Shown here: positions 37,985 to 47,864 of the stretch, in pieces | How the letters are laid out: each line of letters begins with the position of its first letter | Numbering within the stretch: position 1 is the first letter of the stretch | NCBI GenBank assembly: GCA_046733875.1 | Contig: JBKPQB010000028.1 | Location: forward strand, 42,870-106,869 | Direction of reading: 5' to 3' | DNA length: 64,000 nucleotides | DNA from: Acidobacteriota bacterium | Lineage (GTDB): Bacteria > Acidobacteriota > Vicinamibacteria > Vicinamibacterales > 2-12-FULL-66-21 | Notes under the pieces: model-generated | Database searches by the model: none | What the model was told of the DNA's origin: nothing | The model's input: only the letters and a program-made list of their open reading frames with translations | Translations under genes and position numbers: made by a program

Positions 37985-39826
37985 TCACTTCGAATAGGCG
38001 ACGCCTCCGCTCGCCTGATCGATCGTGACGAACGCATCGACGTGATTGACCTCATAACGAACGGTCGGACCATTCGCCCACCGAACCTCCACGCTCGATA
38101 CCGCGGTCGCTGCGCCGAGACCGAAATGGACGCGAAGGTCCGATTGGGAGATTTGGCCGCGGCCGCTCGCGACCTCACCCCTGTGTCGGACGCCAGCAGC
38201 CGTCACGAACACGACCGAACCGATCGCGTCACGCGGACACCTTCTGTCCGGATCTCCCTTGAGATGCACCGTAAGCCAGTGTCCGGCGCTGCCGCCTCCT
38301 TCATTGCGCGCGAGCGTCGGCCCACCGTCGAGATTGTTGATGACGATGTCCTCGCCGCCGTCGTTATCGATGTCTCCAACGGCCGATCCTCTCGACACGC
38401 GCGGCGTCGCGAGGACGTCTCCTGCCGCCCGGCCCACGTCCTCGAATCTCGCGCCTTTGATATTGCGAAACAACAGCGCGCGCTGTGCGTACGACGTGTT
38501 CCAGCGCAGCCTGTCCGCTGCCGGATAGATGTGGCCGTTCACGACGAGCAGGTCCAGCCATCCATCATTGTCGTAATCGAGAAAATCGGTGCCCCAGCCG
38601 AGAAAGGGTGTGCTCGGAAGCGCCAAGCCGACGGCGGTCGTCACATCCGTAAGAATCTTGCCGTCGTCGTTGTGATAGAGGACGTTGAAGTCGTTCGCAA
38701 AATTCGTGACGTGCAGATCGTCACGGCCGTCGTTGTCGTAGTCGCCGACAGCGACGCCCATGTGCGCCTGTTCGCGGCCCTGCGCATCGAGTGCCGCACC
38801 CGACGGATAGCTGACGTCCTCGAACTGCCCGTCGCCCCGATTGTGATACAGGAAATTCGGACCTGAATCGTTCGCGACGAACAGATCCGGCCGACCATCG
38901 TCGTCCATGTCGAACCACGCAACGCCGAATCCGTACAAGCCGTCGGGATCTGCGACGCCGGCCTCGCGGCTGATCTCCGTAAACGTTCCGTCGTGATTGT
39001 TTCGATACAGATGGTCCGAGGCTCCCTTCAGGCCGCGGGGACCGCACATCACGCGCTCGCTGCGGTACGTGCAGAACGGCGTGCCGGGCGAGTACGATGC
39101 GCCGAGGCGCGAGGAACTTTCGGACGCGTGTGGCTGGGGCTCGGCCTCGCGCTGACCCGGAGCGGCGGCCGCCGGCGTCGCGGGAGGCGGGAGTCGCTGA
39201 AGATCGAGCGCGACGTAGCCGGCAACGAATAGATCCAGCCATCCATCGCCGTCGTAATCGCCGAACGCACATCCAGTGGACCAGCTGTCCGTCGCGACGT
39301 GGGCGGCCTCCGCCACATCGCTAAACGACCGACCGCTCTCATTATGATAGAGACGGTTCTTGCCGAAGTTGGTGACGTAGAGATCTTCGTAGCCGTCATT
39401 GTCGAAGTCGCCCACGCAGACGCCTTGTCCCCACCGCTCGTTCGCAACGCCTCGTTCCGCGGTCACGTTCGTGAACGTTCCGCCGCCGTTGTTGTGAAAG
39501 AGCGCGGCTGCGGGCGCGGGTGTGCCACCCTCCACGCGGTCCAGCGTCGAGCCGTTCACGAAATAGATGTCGAGCAAGCCATCATTGTCGAAATCCCACA
39601 GCGCGACGCCGGAGCCCGTGCCCTCGATGATGTAGTTCTTCTCAGGGCTGCCGGACACGTGGCGGAAGCCTGACACGCCCGCGCCCATCGTCAGGTCGCG
39701 GTATGTCACACCGCTCGCGGCCAACGGCGATGGGGGCGGCACGCGCGTCGTTGGAGGAAGATCTTGCGCACGCGAGACGACCGCAGCTGCGATCGCGCAG
39801 ACAGCGGCCAGGCGGACACTCATCAC
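37985..39826 (-). CDS. Secreted CRTAC1-family protein (FG-GAP/VCBS repeats + ASPIC/UnbV C-terminal domain)
   Basis: A signal peptide is present. Repeated motifs include GVALWDFDNDGLLDIYFVNG, GDFDNDGYEDLYVTNFG, GDYDGDGWLDLFVAGY, FDMDDDGRPDLFVAND, GDYDNDGRDDLHVTNF and LDYDNDGWLDLLVVNGH. The C-terminal region is NRRCPRDAIGSVVFVTAAGVRHRGEV..GRGQISQSDLRVHFGLG. Confidence 0.85.
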   Translation of the reverse strand: MMSVRLAAVCAIAAAVVSRAQDLPPTTRVPPPSPLAASGVTYRDLTMGAGVSGFRHVSGSPEKNYIIEGTGSGVALWDFDNDGLLDIYFVNGSTLDRVEGGTPAPAAALFHNNGGGTFTNVTAERGVANERWGQGVCVGDFDNDGYEDLYVTNFGKNRLYHNESGRSFSDVAEAAHVATDSWSTGCAFGDYDGDGWLDLFVAGYVALDLQRLPPPATPAAAAPGQREAEPQPHASESSSRLGASYSPGTPFCTYRSERVMCGPRGLKGASDHLYRNNHDGTFTEISREAGVADPDGLYGFGVAWFDMDDDGRPDLFVANDSGPNFLYHNRGDGQFEDVSYPSGAALDAQGREQAHMGVAVGDYDNDGRDDLHVTNFANDFNVLYHNDDGKILTDVTTAVGLALPSTPFLGWGTDFLDYDNDGWLDLLVVNGHIYPAADRLRWNTSYAQRALLFRNIKGARFEDVGRAAGDVLATPRVSRGSAVGDIDNDGGEDIVINNLDGGPTLARNEGGGSAGHWLTVHLKGDPDRRCPRDAIGSVVFVTAAGVRHRGEVASGRGQISQSDLRVHFGLGAATAVSSVEVRWANGPTVRYEVNHVDAFVTIDQASGGVAYSK

Positions 39827-40764
39827 GGAAGCTTGGCGGTCGTCTCGCCGGATCGCTGGGTCCGCGCGAGCGCGGTCGCACGATCGAACGCCTGCTGCGC
39901 CTTCGCCGGCTGACCCAGCTTCTGATACGCCCGTCCGAGCACGTAGTAGGTTTCGCGAACCGTTGGCGCGAGCGCCGCCGCGCGCTCGAGTGCCGCGACG
40001 GCCCCGGCGGCATCGCCGATGTGCAGAAGAGAGCCGCCCAATCCAAACTCCGCGGCGGCAGAGCGTGGATCGTACGTCAGCGCTTCGCGAAACGATTCAA
40101 CAGCGCGTGTATGATCGTTCTGCGTCGCCAGGCACACCCCGAGGCCGTACGCCCCGTCGAACGTCACCTTCACGCGCTGCGCACGCTCGTACAGCGTCTG
40201 TGCGTCGGCGCAATTCGATTCCTCGCGACGCAGTCTGGCGTATTCGAGAAGCGCGTCGAGGAGTTCCGGGTCCGCGCGCAGCGCAGCTTCGTACTCCGCC
40301 GCGGCCTCGACGGGCTTCCCCTGGAGCTTGAGCGATCGCCCCATGAGCTGGTGGACTCGTGCGCTGTCCGGCGCAAGCGCATAGACGCGGCCGAACGCCT
40401 GCGTGGCGAGCTCGCCGGATGCGATCCCGAGGAAGTACAGGGCGTCGGTATTCTGTGGATCGATCGCGAGTCCTTCTTCCAGGAGGTCGTATGCCGCCGT
40501 CAGCTCGTTGCGCGCGAGATGCGCGCGCGCGGCCAGCACCAGCATGCGGGCATCGCGCGGGTGCCGCTTCAGGTATTCCTGCGCGACTTGCAGTCCATGC
40601 TCCAGATCGCCGGAATACAGTGCTTTGAAGACTTCCGATGCCGCGCCACCCTGATCCGCGCGCGCCAGCGTGGCCCGCGTCTGGGCGCTCGCGTACCCGG
40701 CCACAGAGATGGCCGCGGCGACGGCGATTCCACACACCATTCGCCCGCGGTGTCCGAAGCTCAC
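39823..40764 (-). CDS. Secreted tetratricopeptide-repeat protein
   Basis: The signal peptide is MVCGIAVAAAISVAGYASAQ. TPR-like A/Y/L periodicity runs throughout (for example YFLGIASGELATQAFGRVYALAPD and AQQAFDRATALA). A 4-nt overlap is present at both ends. Confidence 0.75.
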   Translation of the reverse strand: MSFGHRGRMVCGIAVAAAISVAGYASAQTRATLARADQGGAASEVFKALYSGDLEHGLQVAQEYLKRHPRDARMLVLAARAHLARNELTAAYDLLEEGLAIDPQNTDALYFLGIASGELATQAFGRVYALAPDSARVHQLMGRSLKLQGKPVEAAAEYEAALRADPELLDALLEYARLRREESNCADAQTLYERAQRVKVTFDGAYGLGVCLATQNDHTRAVESFREALTYDPRSAAAEFGLGGSLLHIGDAAGAVAALERAAALAPTVRETYYVLGRAYQKLGQPAKAQQAFDRATALARTQRSGETTAKLP

Positions 40765-42386
40765 TTGAGGACCTCGATTATGCGAAGGAAGTCTTGTCCT
40801 GCAACCGCGCGTTTCTGTTGCAGAGCGGCGAGCCGGGCGTTTTGCTCCTCCCGGCGAGGATCGCGCGTGCGCGCGAACAGCGCCGCGAGATTGACCATCG
40901 CCGCGTAATTACCGCCATCGATCGCCAGCGCCTGGTTCAACGTTCGTTCGGCCGCATCGTAGTCGCCGCTGCGCGTCTGCAACAATCCCAGCTCTGCCAG
41001 CGCGTCTGGATAACGCGGATCCGCTTTCAGGGCCTGCCCGATCTCATCTCGCGCTGTGTCGAGATCGTTCAACTGCCGGGCGATACGTCCGAGGAAATAA
41101 TGCGCGCCTGCGGCGTTTCCGCGCATCTCGGCCGCGCGTTGCAGATCGGCGCGCGCGCCCTCGAAATCATTGCTGTAGAACTTTGCCGCCCCGAGCGCGA
41201 AGCGTCCGCGCGGGTCGTCCGGCTTCATGCGGACGTACGCCTCGAAGTACGGAATCGCCTCGGACGGCTCGTGCCGGTGGATGGCGACGGCTCCCATCGC
41301 ATAGTTGACGAACGGATTCCGCGGAGCGAGTGCCACCGCCTTCTTCAACGATTCGTACGCTTCACTCCCGAGATTGAGCTCGATGCAGACAACCCCGAAG
41401 AAAAAATGGACCTCGGCATTCTGCGGCTCCAGATCGCGTGCGTGGGCGAGATATCCGAGAGCTCGCTCGAAATCCTTTTGCCTGTACGCCACTCGTGCGA
41501 CATCGAGCAGCAGCGGCGCCGACGGCGAGTCCGTCGATCCCACCGCCCGCTCCAGCGTGTCTCGGGCGCGATCCAGGCGTCCGAGGCGCATCTGCATCGC
41601 GCCAAGCCGCCGCAGAGACTCCGCAGACGCAGCATGCCTGGCGTCCAGGCCTTCGAGCAGCCGTTCCCCAAACTCATCGTCGTTCAGCCGCTCGAGCGCA
41701 GGAACCGCCGCGACGACGTCTTCCTCCGTCAGATCGGGATGTTGCAGCAGCGCGTCACTCGCTTCGGAGGCCTGGCGCCGGTCGCCAAGACCCTGAAGAT
41801 CGGTTGCTAGAAGCACGAGCACCTGCGGGCGCGAACGGCCGGAATCCGGCAACCGCTTGAGAAAGGCGCGCGACGCTGCCCAGTCACCATTGCAAGCGCT
41901 CAGGTACGCAGCCTGAAACAACGCTTCCGGGTTATTGGCATCGATCTGCAACAGGGAGCGGTACACTCTGAGCGCCTTGGCCGGCGCGTCGGCCTCGTCA
42001 CGCGCGTGTTCCTGATAGAGTCGCCCGAGATTCAGGTACGCGGAGACGAGCCGTGAATCGTGCTCGATTGCGGTACGAAAGTGGCGTTCCGCCTCACGAT
42101 ACGACCCTTGCTGCGCGTCGACCGCCCCTGCGATGTCGTGCAGCGCGGCGTCCGACGGATAGCGCCGAAGCGCCTCGCCGACGCGCGCCTTGACCTCGTT
42201 CAACTTACCGCTGTCGAGGAGCGCCGAGAGCTCTTCGATCAGCTCACGCGGCGCTGATGCTGCTGCACGATCGCGCGATGCGCCATGTGCCGGCGTCTGC
42301 GCGAACGCCGCAGCATGAACCTCGTGCGAAAGCCACACGAGGGCGGCAATACAGCAGCACCGCACCGCATAGCGCCCGGAGCTCAT
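40761..42386 (-). CDS. Secreted tetratricopeptide-repeat protein
   Basis: The signal peptide is AVRCCCIAALVWLSHEVHAAAFAQ. There are many TPR units (EAERHFRTAIEHDSRLVSAYLNLGRLY, AIPYFEAYVRMKPDDPRGRFALGAAKFY and others). Confidence 0.75.
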   Translation of the reverse strand: MSSGRYAVRCCCIAALVWLSHEVHAAAFAQTPAHGASRDRAAASAPRELIEELSALLDSGKLNEVKARVGEALRRYPSDAALHDIAGAVDAQQGSYREAERHFRTAIEHDSRLVSAYLNLGRLYQEHARDEADAPAKALRVYRSLLQIDANNPEALFQAAYLSACNGDWAASRAFLKRLPDSGRSRPQVLVLLATDLQGLGDRRQASEASDALLQHPDLTEEDVVAAVPALERLNDDEFGERLLEGLDARHAASAESLRRLGAMQMRLGRLDRARDTLERAVGSTDSPSAPLLLDVARVAYRQKDFERALGYLAHARDLEPQNAEVHFFFGVVCIELNLGSEAYESLKKAVALAPRNPFVNYAMGAVAIHRHEPSEAIPYFEAYVRMKPDDPRGRFALGAAKFYSNDFEGARADLQRAAEMRGNAAGAHYFLGRIARQLNDLDTARDEIGQALKADPRYPDALAELGLLQTRSGDYDAAERTLNQALAIDGGNYAAMVNLAALFARTRDPRREEQNARLAALQQKRAVAGQDFLRIIEVLK

Positions 42387-44110
42387 TTGCGATCCTGTTC
42401 GCGAGCCGCGCGCAGGCGGAAGAACGTGGCAAGCGCCTCGTCCGCGCGCGTGCTCTGGCCCTCACGACGATAGAGGCGGGCGAGAAGATAGTGCGGTTCG
42501 GGATACGCTCGATCGAGCGACGCGGCCCGCTCCAGCTCGCTCACGGCATCGGCGGTCTTCCCCTGCTCTTCCAGCAGGATCCCGAGCTCGTAGTGCCCTT
42601 TGGCAAACGTGCTGTCGTACTGGAGCGCCTCCTGAAAGAGAGACGCTGCTTCGGCGGTCTCGCCGCGTTGCCGGAGGAGAATGCCCAGGTTAGTCGGCGG
42701 CCAGGGTGATTTCGATCGCGCTTGCCGGTTCAGGCTGATGGCTTCGCGATAATGCGCGATGGCCGCGTCCGGGTCGTCGAGCGCTTCGTAGCAGAGCCCC
42801 AGGTTGTCGTGCGCGCGCATGAAGCGCGGATTGCGGGCGAGCGCCTCGTTGAATCGCGAGATGGCGGACGCATACTTCCCCGCGTCATAGGCCAGGCGGC
42901 CGATCCAATAGGGGTATTCGGCATTCTGCGGATCTTCCCGACTGAGGCGCTCGAGCTCCGGCTGTGCCCAATCGCCGCGACCGAGGCGGATGTACGCGAG
43001 CGCCAGCGTGAACCGCTGCTCGCGATCGAGGGGAGCGATTGCGTCCGCTTTCTTCAACGCGACCGCCGCGTTCAGCGGCTTGCCGTCGATCACGAAGATC
43101 CGCGCGACGAGCACCAGCAATTCACGCGAGTGCGGATTTCGCTCGATCTGACTCACCAGCAACCGTTCGGCCGCGTCCCAGTTGCGGTTGCGGATCGCCT
43201 CGTCGACTTCAGGTATGCCGGAGGCATTGGGCGCCGGGGCGCTGCCGGCGCTCTCCAGGGGATCGACCGGATCAGGCCTTCGTGCCTGGATGCGCGCGTT
43301 CAGATCGAGCGCCTCTTTGCTGAAGGGCACGAGCTCGAGCTCGCGCGCAACTTCGCGCGCCGCGTCATCGAGGCGGCCGGCTTCCAGGTGAATCCGCGCA
43401 ATTGCGAGGTGAAGATCGGGCAGCGTGGGGTCAGCATTCACCGCGCGTTGAAATGCATCCAGCGCAAGGTCCGTTCGGCCCTGATTGAGGTATTCGCGGC
43501 CGAGCGCCTCATGGACCCTGGCCGATCCCGAATCGATTGTCTTCAGCCGCTGGTGCGCCCACTCGGACACTTTGAGGTACGCCGATCCAACGCGATACGC
43601 ATTTTCCGCGTCCTCAGGCGCGAGCCGTGCAACCGAACGGAACGCCTTTGCAGCGCACAGCCAGTCTTCGAGATGCTGACAGGCGTCCGCGAGCTGGGCA
43701 TAGGCGAGCGGTTCCCGCGGCATCAGCCGCACGGCATACTCGAGCTCGGACCGCGCTTCCCGGTACTGCTGCAGCGCGATCAGGCTCGTCCCCGCGAGGA
43801 GACGCGAGGGGCCGTACGATGGATCGAGCTTCGCGGCGGCTCGGAATTCGGCGAGCGCGTCGGCATCGCGTCTGCGCTCGCTCAGCACGAGCCCGAGGTT
43901 GTGGTGGACGAAGCTGCGGTCGCCGCCGGACCGCAGGACGTCGCGGAAGGCTGCTTCGGCGGCATCGAGTTTGCCCGCCTTGAGATCCGCCACGCCGCGT
44001 GAGAAGCGATCGGCGAGCGCAGGGCTCAGATCTTGTGCGGCGGCAAGGACTGGCGCCGGAAAAATGACGAGCCAGAACACCGTCGCGCGGAGGAGACTAC
44101 CCATCGGCAT
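42383..44110 (-). CDS. Secreted tetratricopeptide-repeat protein
   Basis: I trimmed the ORF to the ATG at 44110 (MPMGSLLRATVFWLVIFPAPVLAAAQD). TPR units include AIAHYREAISLNRQARSKSPWPPTNLGILL, AASLFQEALQYDSTFAKGHYELGILLEEQGK and AVSELERAASLDRAYPEPHYLLARLY. Confidence 0.75.
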   Translation of the reverse strand: MPMGSLLRATVFWLVIFPAPVLAAAQDLSPALADRFSRGVADLKAGKLDAAEAAFRDVLRSGGDRSFVHHNLGLVLSERRRDADALAEFRAAAKLDPSYGPSRLLAGTSLIALQQYREARSELEYAVRLMPREPLAYAQLADACQHLEDWLCAAKAFRSVARLAPEDAENAYRVGSAYLKVSEWAHQRLKTIDSGSARVHEALGREYLNQGRTDLALDAFQRAVNADPTLPDLHLAIARIHLEAGRLDDAAREVARELELVPFSKEALDLNARIQARRPDPVDPLESAGSAPAPNASGIPEVDEAIRNRNWDAAERLLVSQIERNPHSRELLVLVARIFVIDGKPLNAAVALKKADAIAPLDREQRFTLALAYIRLGRGDWAQPELERLSREDPQNAEYPYWIGRLAYDAGKYASAISRFNEALARNPRFMRAHDNLGLCYEALDDPDAAIAHYREAISLNRQARSKSPWPPTNLGILLRQRGETAEAASLFQEALQYDSTFAKGHYELGILLEEQGKTADAVSELERAASLDRAYPEPHYLLARLYRREGQSTRADEALATFFRLRAAREQDRK

Positions 44111-44187
44111 CCCGTGGTTTCCGGCTTCAGCCGGAAGATCATTTTGCCGCAAAGTATCTTCCGCCTAAAGGCGGAAGCCACGAGGCT

Positions 44188-47100
44188 TCAGTATTCGAAG
44201 CGAACCGCCAGCTGGATATTTCTGGGGTCGCTAACGCCTCCTTTCCATTTTCCGAAGTTCGGGCTGGCAAGATCGAGATCGAACGCATCAGTGATGGAGC
44301 CCATAATCGTGCCGCGGGCTCCAAAGATGTGCCAGTTCCACATGTTGAACATCTCGACGCGGAACTGCAGGTTCTTGCCCCCCGGCAACCTCGTATTCTT
44401 GATGAACGACACGTCCTGGTTGTGATACGCGAACCCGCGGACATCTTCCTCGATGCGGTTGCCGCGCCCGTAATAGAAGTTGAACGCGCTGACCGGCTCG
44501 AACGCGCTCTTGCTAAAGAGTGGTCCCTGTGCAGGATCGAAGCTCCCCTTGTCCTGTGCAAAGACCGCGTCAGGATTGACAATCACCGGAATGCATCCCG
44601 CGCGGAACTGAGTCGGTACGTTGCATGCCGTTCCGTTCACGCGGAAGAAGAAGGGCATCCCGGACGAATACCGGAAAATCGTGCTGGCCTGCCAGCCGCC
44701 TAGCAACGCGTTGGTCACGCCGCCTTCGTTGAGATACCTTCGACCCTGTCCAAAGGGCAGCTCGTACACGAACGCTGCTGAGAAGACGTGCGGCGTGTCG
44801 TCCGTCGTGACGGTCTTGTTGCGCTCCCGCTCGAAGGGAGAGATGACGCCCTGTGCGCCGCTCCAGCTGCTGCCGGTCGAGCTCTGCGTGTTGTCCGACC
44901 CGCTCGACACCGTCCGCGAGACCGTGTAAGACACGAGCGCGTACAGTCCGCGCGTGAAGCGCTTCTCCAACTTCATCTGTAGCGCGTTGTACTCCGACTC
45001 ACCGTAGTTCTCATTTAGGCCCTGAAAACTGTCGCAGTATTGCGGATACGGACGCAGCGCCTGCGCGACGGACGGAGGACACCCCGTCATCTGCTCGACC
45101 CAGCCGGCGTATGGGAGCGGCACCCCATCGAGACTGGTCATGCCGGGTTGGAACTGATCGTAGAGCGCGCTACCCATCGAGAGGTATTTCGGATCGATGG
45201 CATTGATGGGTGCCACAGCCGATGGCAGACGCCGGCCTACGGTGCCGACATACGCGACGCTCAGGGCCATGTTCGCGCGGAGCTCGCGTTCGACCGTGAC
45301 GTTGAACTGGTGCGAGTAGGGACGCTTGTTCGCATCGAACGGCCGGTATCCGGAGCCATTGCCATTGGCCATAGAGATCGTTTGACCGTTCTTGTAGTCG
45401 GACCGGATGATGGGTGGCGGCTGGAAGTTCTGCGGGAAGCCCTGATCCAGCAGGAACGCCGGCTGAATCCCACCCAGGGAGCTTGAAAACACGGGCGTGT
45501 TCGAAAAACCATCCAGCCCGATGCCTCCGCCCCATCCGGGGTAGAACGCCTGCGTGTAGAAGATGCCGTACCCGCTCCGAATGACCGTCTTGTCGTTCAG
45601 CCGGTAGACGGCGCCGAGCCGCGGCGCGAAGCCGCCGTACCACTCCTTTTCGGGATATCGCGCGCCAAAGCTCGCCGCGCCATAGCCGGTTCCGGCAAAT
45701 GCCAGACGGCCGAGCCGTCCGCCGGCGCCCGGATTTGCGCCAACAGGATCAAAGAACGAAAAATGGTCGTACTTCTCGCTCGAGGGAGAGAAATAGTCCC
45801 ACCTCAGGCCGTAATCCACTGTCAGCTTTTCGTTGACGCGCCAGGTATCTCCGGCATGCAACACCCACGCGTGCTGTCTCGGATACCACGAGTCGACGGC
45901 GCGGTATGCGACGTTCCCGTTATCCACGGCTCCGAGCAAAAAGCTGGCAATCGGGCTGCCGCTGTTGATGCCAAGCAGCCCCGTCGCGCCGCGTCCGAAA
46001 TTGAAGGTGCCCGACTCGTTTCCACTCGCGTGGATGTTCCCCATGATCTTGCGGTACTCCATCCCGAACTTCAGCGTGTGCGTGCTGCGCGTCCAGGTCA
46101 CCATGTCGTTGAGGATGAACGTCGGGCGCGTGGTGATGTTGGTGATCGGAATGCCCGCAGTACACCCGAGCTGGGCAAAGCCATCACTGAACTGGTACTG
46201 TGGCGCCACGTCCGATGACGCGACACCGTTGATCTTTTGGAAGTCGTTCGCGAACTGCGCGTTCACACATCCATATCCCTCGTTGCGGTTCAGGTACCCC
46301 ATCGACATGTGGTTCAACAGCGTCGACGAGAACGCGCGGTCGTAGTTGAACCGGCTGACCCACGAGTTCTGCGGATCCGAGAGCGTCTGGCTCGCGATGG
46401 GCTGGGGCAGCGTGGAGAAGTATTTCACCGGCGCAGTCTGATGCCAGATGCTGAGGAACGCGTGATCCTTGTTGCCGATCTGAAGGTCGTAGCGACCCAT
46501 GTAGTACTGCGTATTACCCAGAATCGTGTCGGGAATCGCCGGCGCGAGGAAATTATTCTGAGCGCCGCCGCTCGACGGGTTCGGGAGCCCGCTGAGCCAC
46601 GCCTTGACGAGCGGACTGATGCGCGACGGACAAATCACGTTTGGCGTGGTCCCGTCGCAGCCCATGAACTGATCCTTGATATACCCGCCTTTTCCGTCTG
46701 GCCTGAGCGTCGCAGGATCGTAGATGGGAATGAGATTCCCCGCGGAATCGCGCCAGTCTCTGAAGTCGCCATTCCGTTCCAGGATTGATGGAATCGACAG
46801 CGTCGGCTGATTCGAGCCACCTGTCTGCTTGTAGCCCTCGAAATTGAAATAGAAATAGCTCTTCATGCGATCGGACCAGAGGCCAGGCAGCTTGACCGGG
46901 CCGCCGATGTTCGCGCCATAGCTGTTCTTCGTGAACGGGCTGACGGTTTTCGCGCCCCACTGCCGTGCGTTCAGTGAATCGTCGCGGTGGTACTCGAACG
47001 CAGCCCCGTGGAAGCTGCTTCCTCCCGACTTCGTGACCGCCATGATCTGGCCCGACAGCGACGCTCCGTATTCAGGCGCGTAGTTGGAGGTGAGGACCTT

Positions 47101-47781
47101 CACCTCGCTGACCATGTCCGGCGACATCGGAAAGTCCTGGAAGATCGACACCATGCCGCCCTGGCTCATGAAGCCCTGCTGCATGCTGACGCCATCGACG
47201 GTCGCCTCGTCGCCCGACTGCAGGCCGCCGTTGATGCGCGCGTCGAACGCGCTCGCGCGTCCGCCCGTGCTGACACCCGGCATGAGAATCGCAAAACTCG
47301 CAGACGATCGCGGGCCGCTGTCCATCAGGAGCGGAAGCTGTCCGAGCGTCTCCGGGGAGATGCCGTGCTCCTGCGTGCCCGTCGTGCTGAGGACCGAAGA
47401 GCCGCCGACGACCTCCACGCGCTCGCTCTGCTCGCCGATCGGCAGCTCGATTTCGACGCGCTGCACCGAACTCAACGTCACGTCGATGTTCGGCACGATG
47501 ACCTGACGGAAGCCAGTCTTGATGGCCGTGACCTCGTAGCGTGCGGGCGCCAGGTTGCGGAAGGCGTACTCGCCGTCGGCACCGGATACCGTAGTCGCGA
47601 CGGTTTGATCGGTTGCTACGTTGCGGAGCGTGAGCGCGGCGTCAGGCACCATGGCGTGCGAGCTGTCGCGAACAACTCCGGTGATGGCTCCGTTGAAGCT
47701 TTGGCCGAAGGACAGTGCAGGAAGGAAAAGGAACAGGAGGATCCCGGACACAACCCATGACCGAAGGTGAGGCCCTGACAT
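44188..47781 (-). CDS. TonB-dependent receptor / outer-membrane beta-barrel with N-terminal CarboxypepD_reg-like domain
   Basis: A signal peptide is followed by AITGVVRDSSHAMVPDAALTLRNVATDQTVATTVSGADGEYAFRNLAPARYEVTAIKTGF (carboxypeptidase-regulatory fold). The plug region is SVQRVEIELP...VEVVGGSSVL. The protein is 1197 aa and ends in the barrel terminus NIQLAVRFEY. A GGAGGGG RBS is present. Confidence 0.85.
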   Translation of the reverse strand: MSGPHLRSWVVSGILLFLFLPALSFGQSFNGAITGVVRDSSHAMVPDAALTLRNVATDQTVATTVSGADGEYAFRNLAPARYEVTAIKTGFRQVIVPNIDVTLSSVQRVEIELPIGEQSERVEVVGGSSVLSTTGTQEHGISPETLGQLPLLMDSGPRSSASFAILMPGVSTGGRASAFDARINGGLQSGDEATVDGVSMQQGFMSQGGMVSIFQDFPMSPDMVSEVKVLTSNYAPEYGASLSGQIMAVTKSGGSSFHGAAFEYHRDDSLNARQWGAKTVSPFTKNSYGANIGGPVKLPGLWSDRMKSYFYFNFEGYKQTGGSNQPTLSIPSILERNGDFRDWRDSAGNLIPIYDPATLRPDGKGGYIKDQFMGCDGTTPNVICPSRISPLVKAWLSGLPNPSSGGAQNNFLAPAIPDTILGNTQYYMGRYDLQIGNKDHAFLSIWHQTAPVKYFSTLPQPIASQTLSDPQNSWVSRFNYDRAFSSTLLNHMSMGYLNRNEGYGCVNAQFANDFQKINGVASSDVAPQYQFSDGFAQLGCTAGIPITNITTRPTFILNDMVTWTRSTHTLKFGMEYRKIMGNIHASGNESGTFNFGRGATGLLGINSGSPIASFLLGAVDNGNVAYRAVDSWYPRQHAWVLHAGDTWRVNEKLTVDYGLRWDYFSPSSEKYDHFSFFDPVGANPGAGGRLGRLAFAGTGYGAASFGARYPEKEWYGGFAPRLGAVYRLNDKTVIRSGYGIFYTQAFYPGWGGGIGLDGFSNTPVFSSSLGGIQPAFLLDQGFPQNFQPPPIIRSDYKNGQTISMANGNGSGYRPFDANKRPYSHQFNVTVERELRANMALSVAYVGTVGRRLPSAVAPINAIDPKYLSMGSALYDQFQPGMTSLDGVPLPYAGWVEQMTGCPPSVAQALRPYPQYCDSFQGLNENYGESEYNALQMKLEKRFTRGLYALVSYTVSRTVSSGSDNTQSSTGSSWSGAQGVISPFERERNKTVTTDDTPHVFSAAFVYELPFGQGRRYLNEGGVTNALLGGWQASTIFRYSSGMPFFFRVNGTACNVPTQFRAGCIPVIVNPDAVFAQDKGSFDPAQGPLFSKSAFEPVSAFNFYYGRGNRIEEDVRGFAYHNQDVSFIKNTRLPGGKNLQFRVEMFNMWNWHIFGARGTIMGSITDAFDLDLASPNFGKWKGGVSDPRNIQLAVRFEY

Positions 47782-47828
47782 ATGCCCCTCCGTGTGGAAG
47801 TGACTTCCCGGTGCTCGTGCGGTATATC

Positions 47829-47846
47829 ACACCCCTTGTGGGGTGT
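47829..47846 (-). terminator. Short GC-rich hairpin between the amine oxidase stop and the TonB-dependent receptor start (possible attenuator/terminator; no U-tract)
   Basis: ACACCCC-TTGT-GGGGTGT is read directly. On the minus strand it lies about 18 nt after the amine oxidase stop codon. Confidence 0.25.
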
Positions 47847-47864
47847 AAACGTGTTTCAAAGTCC

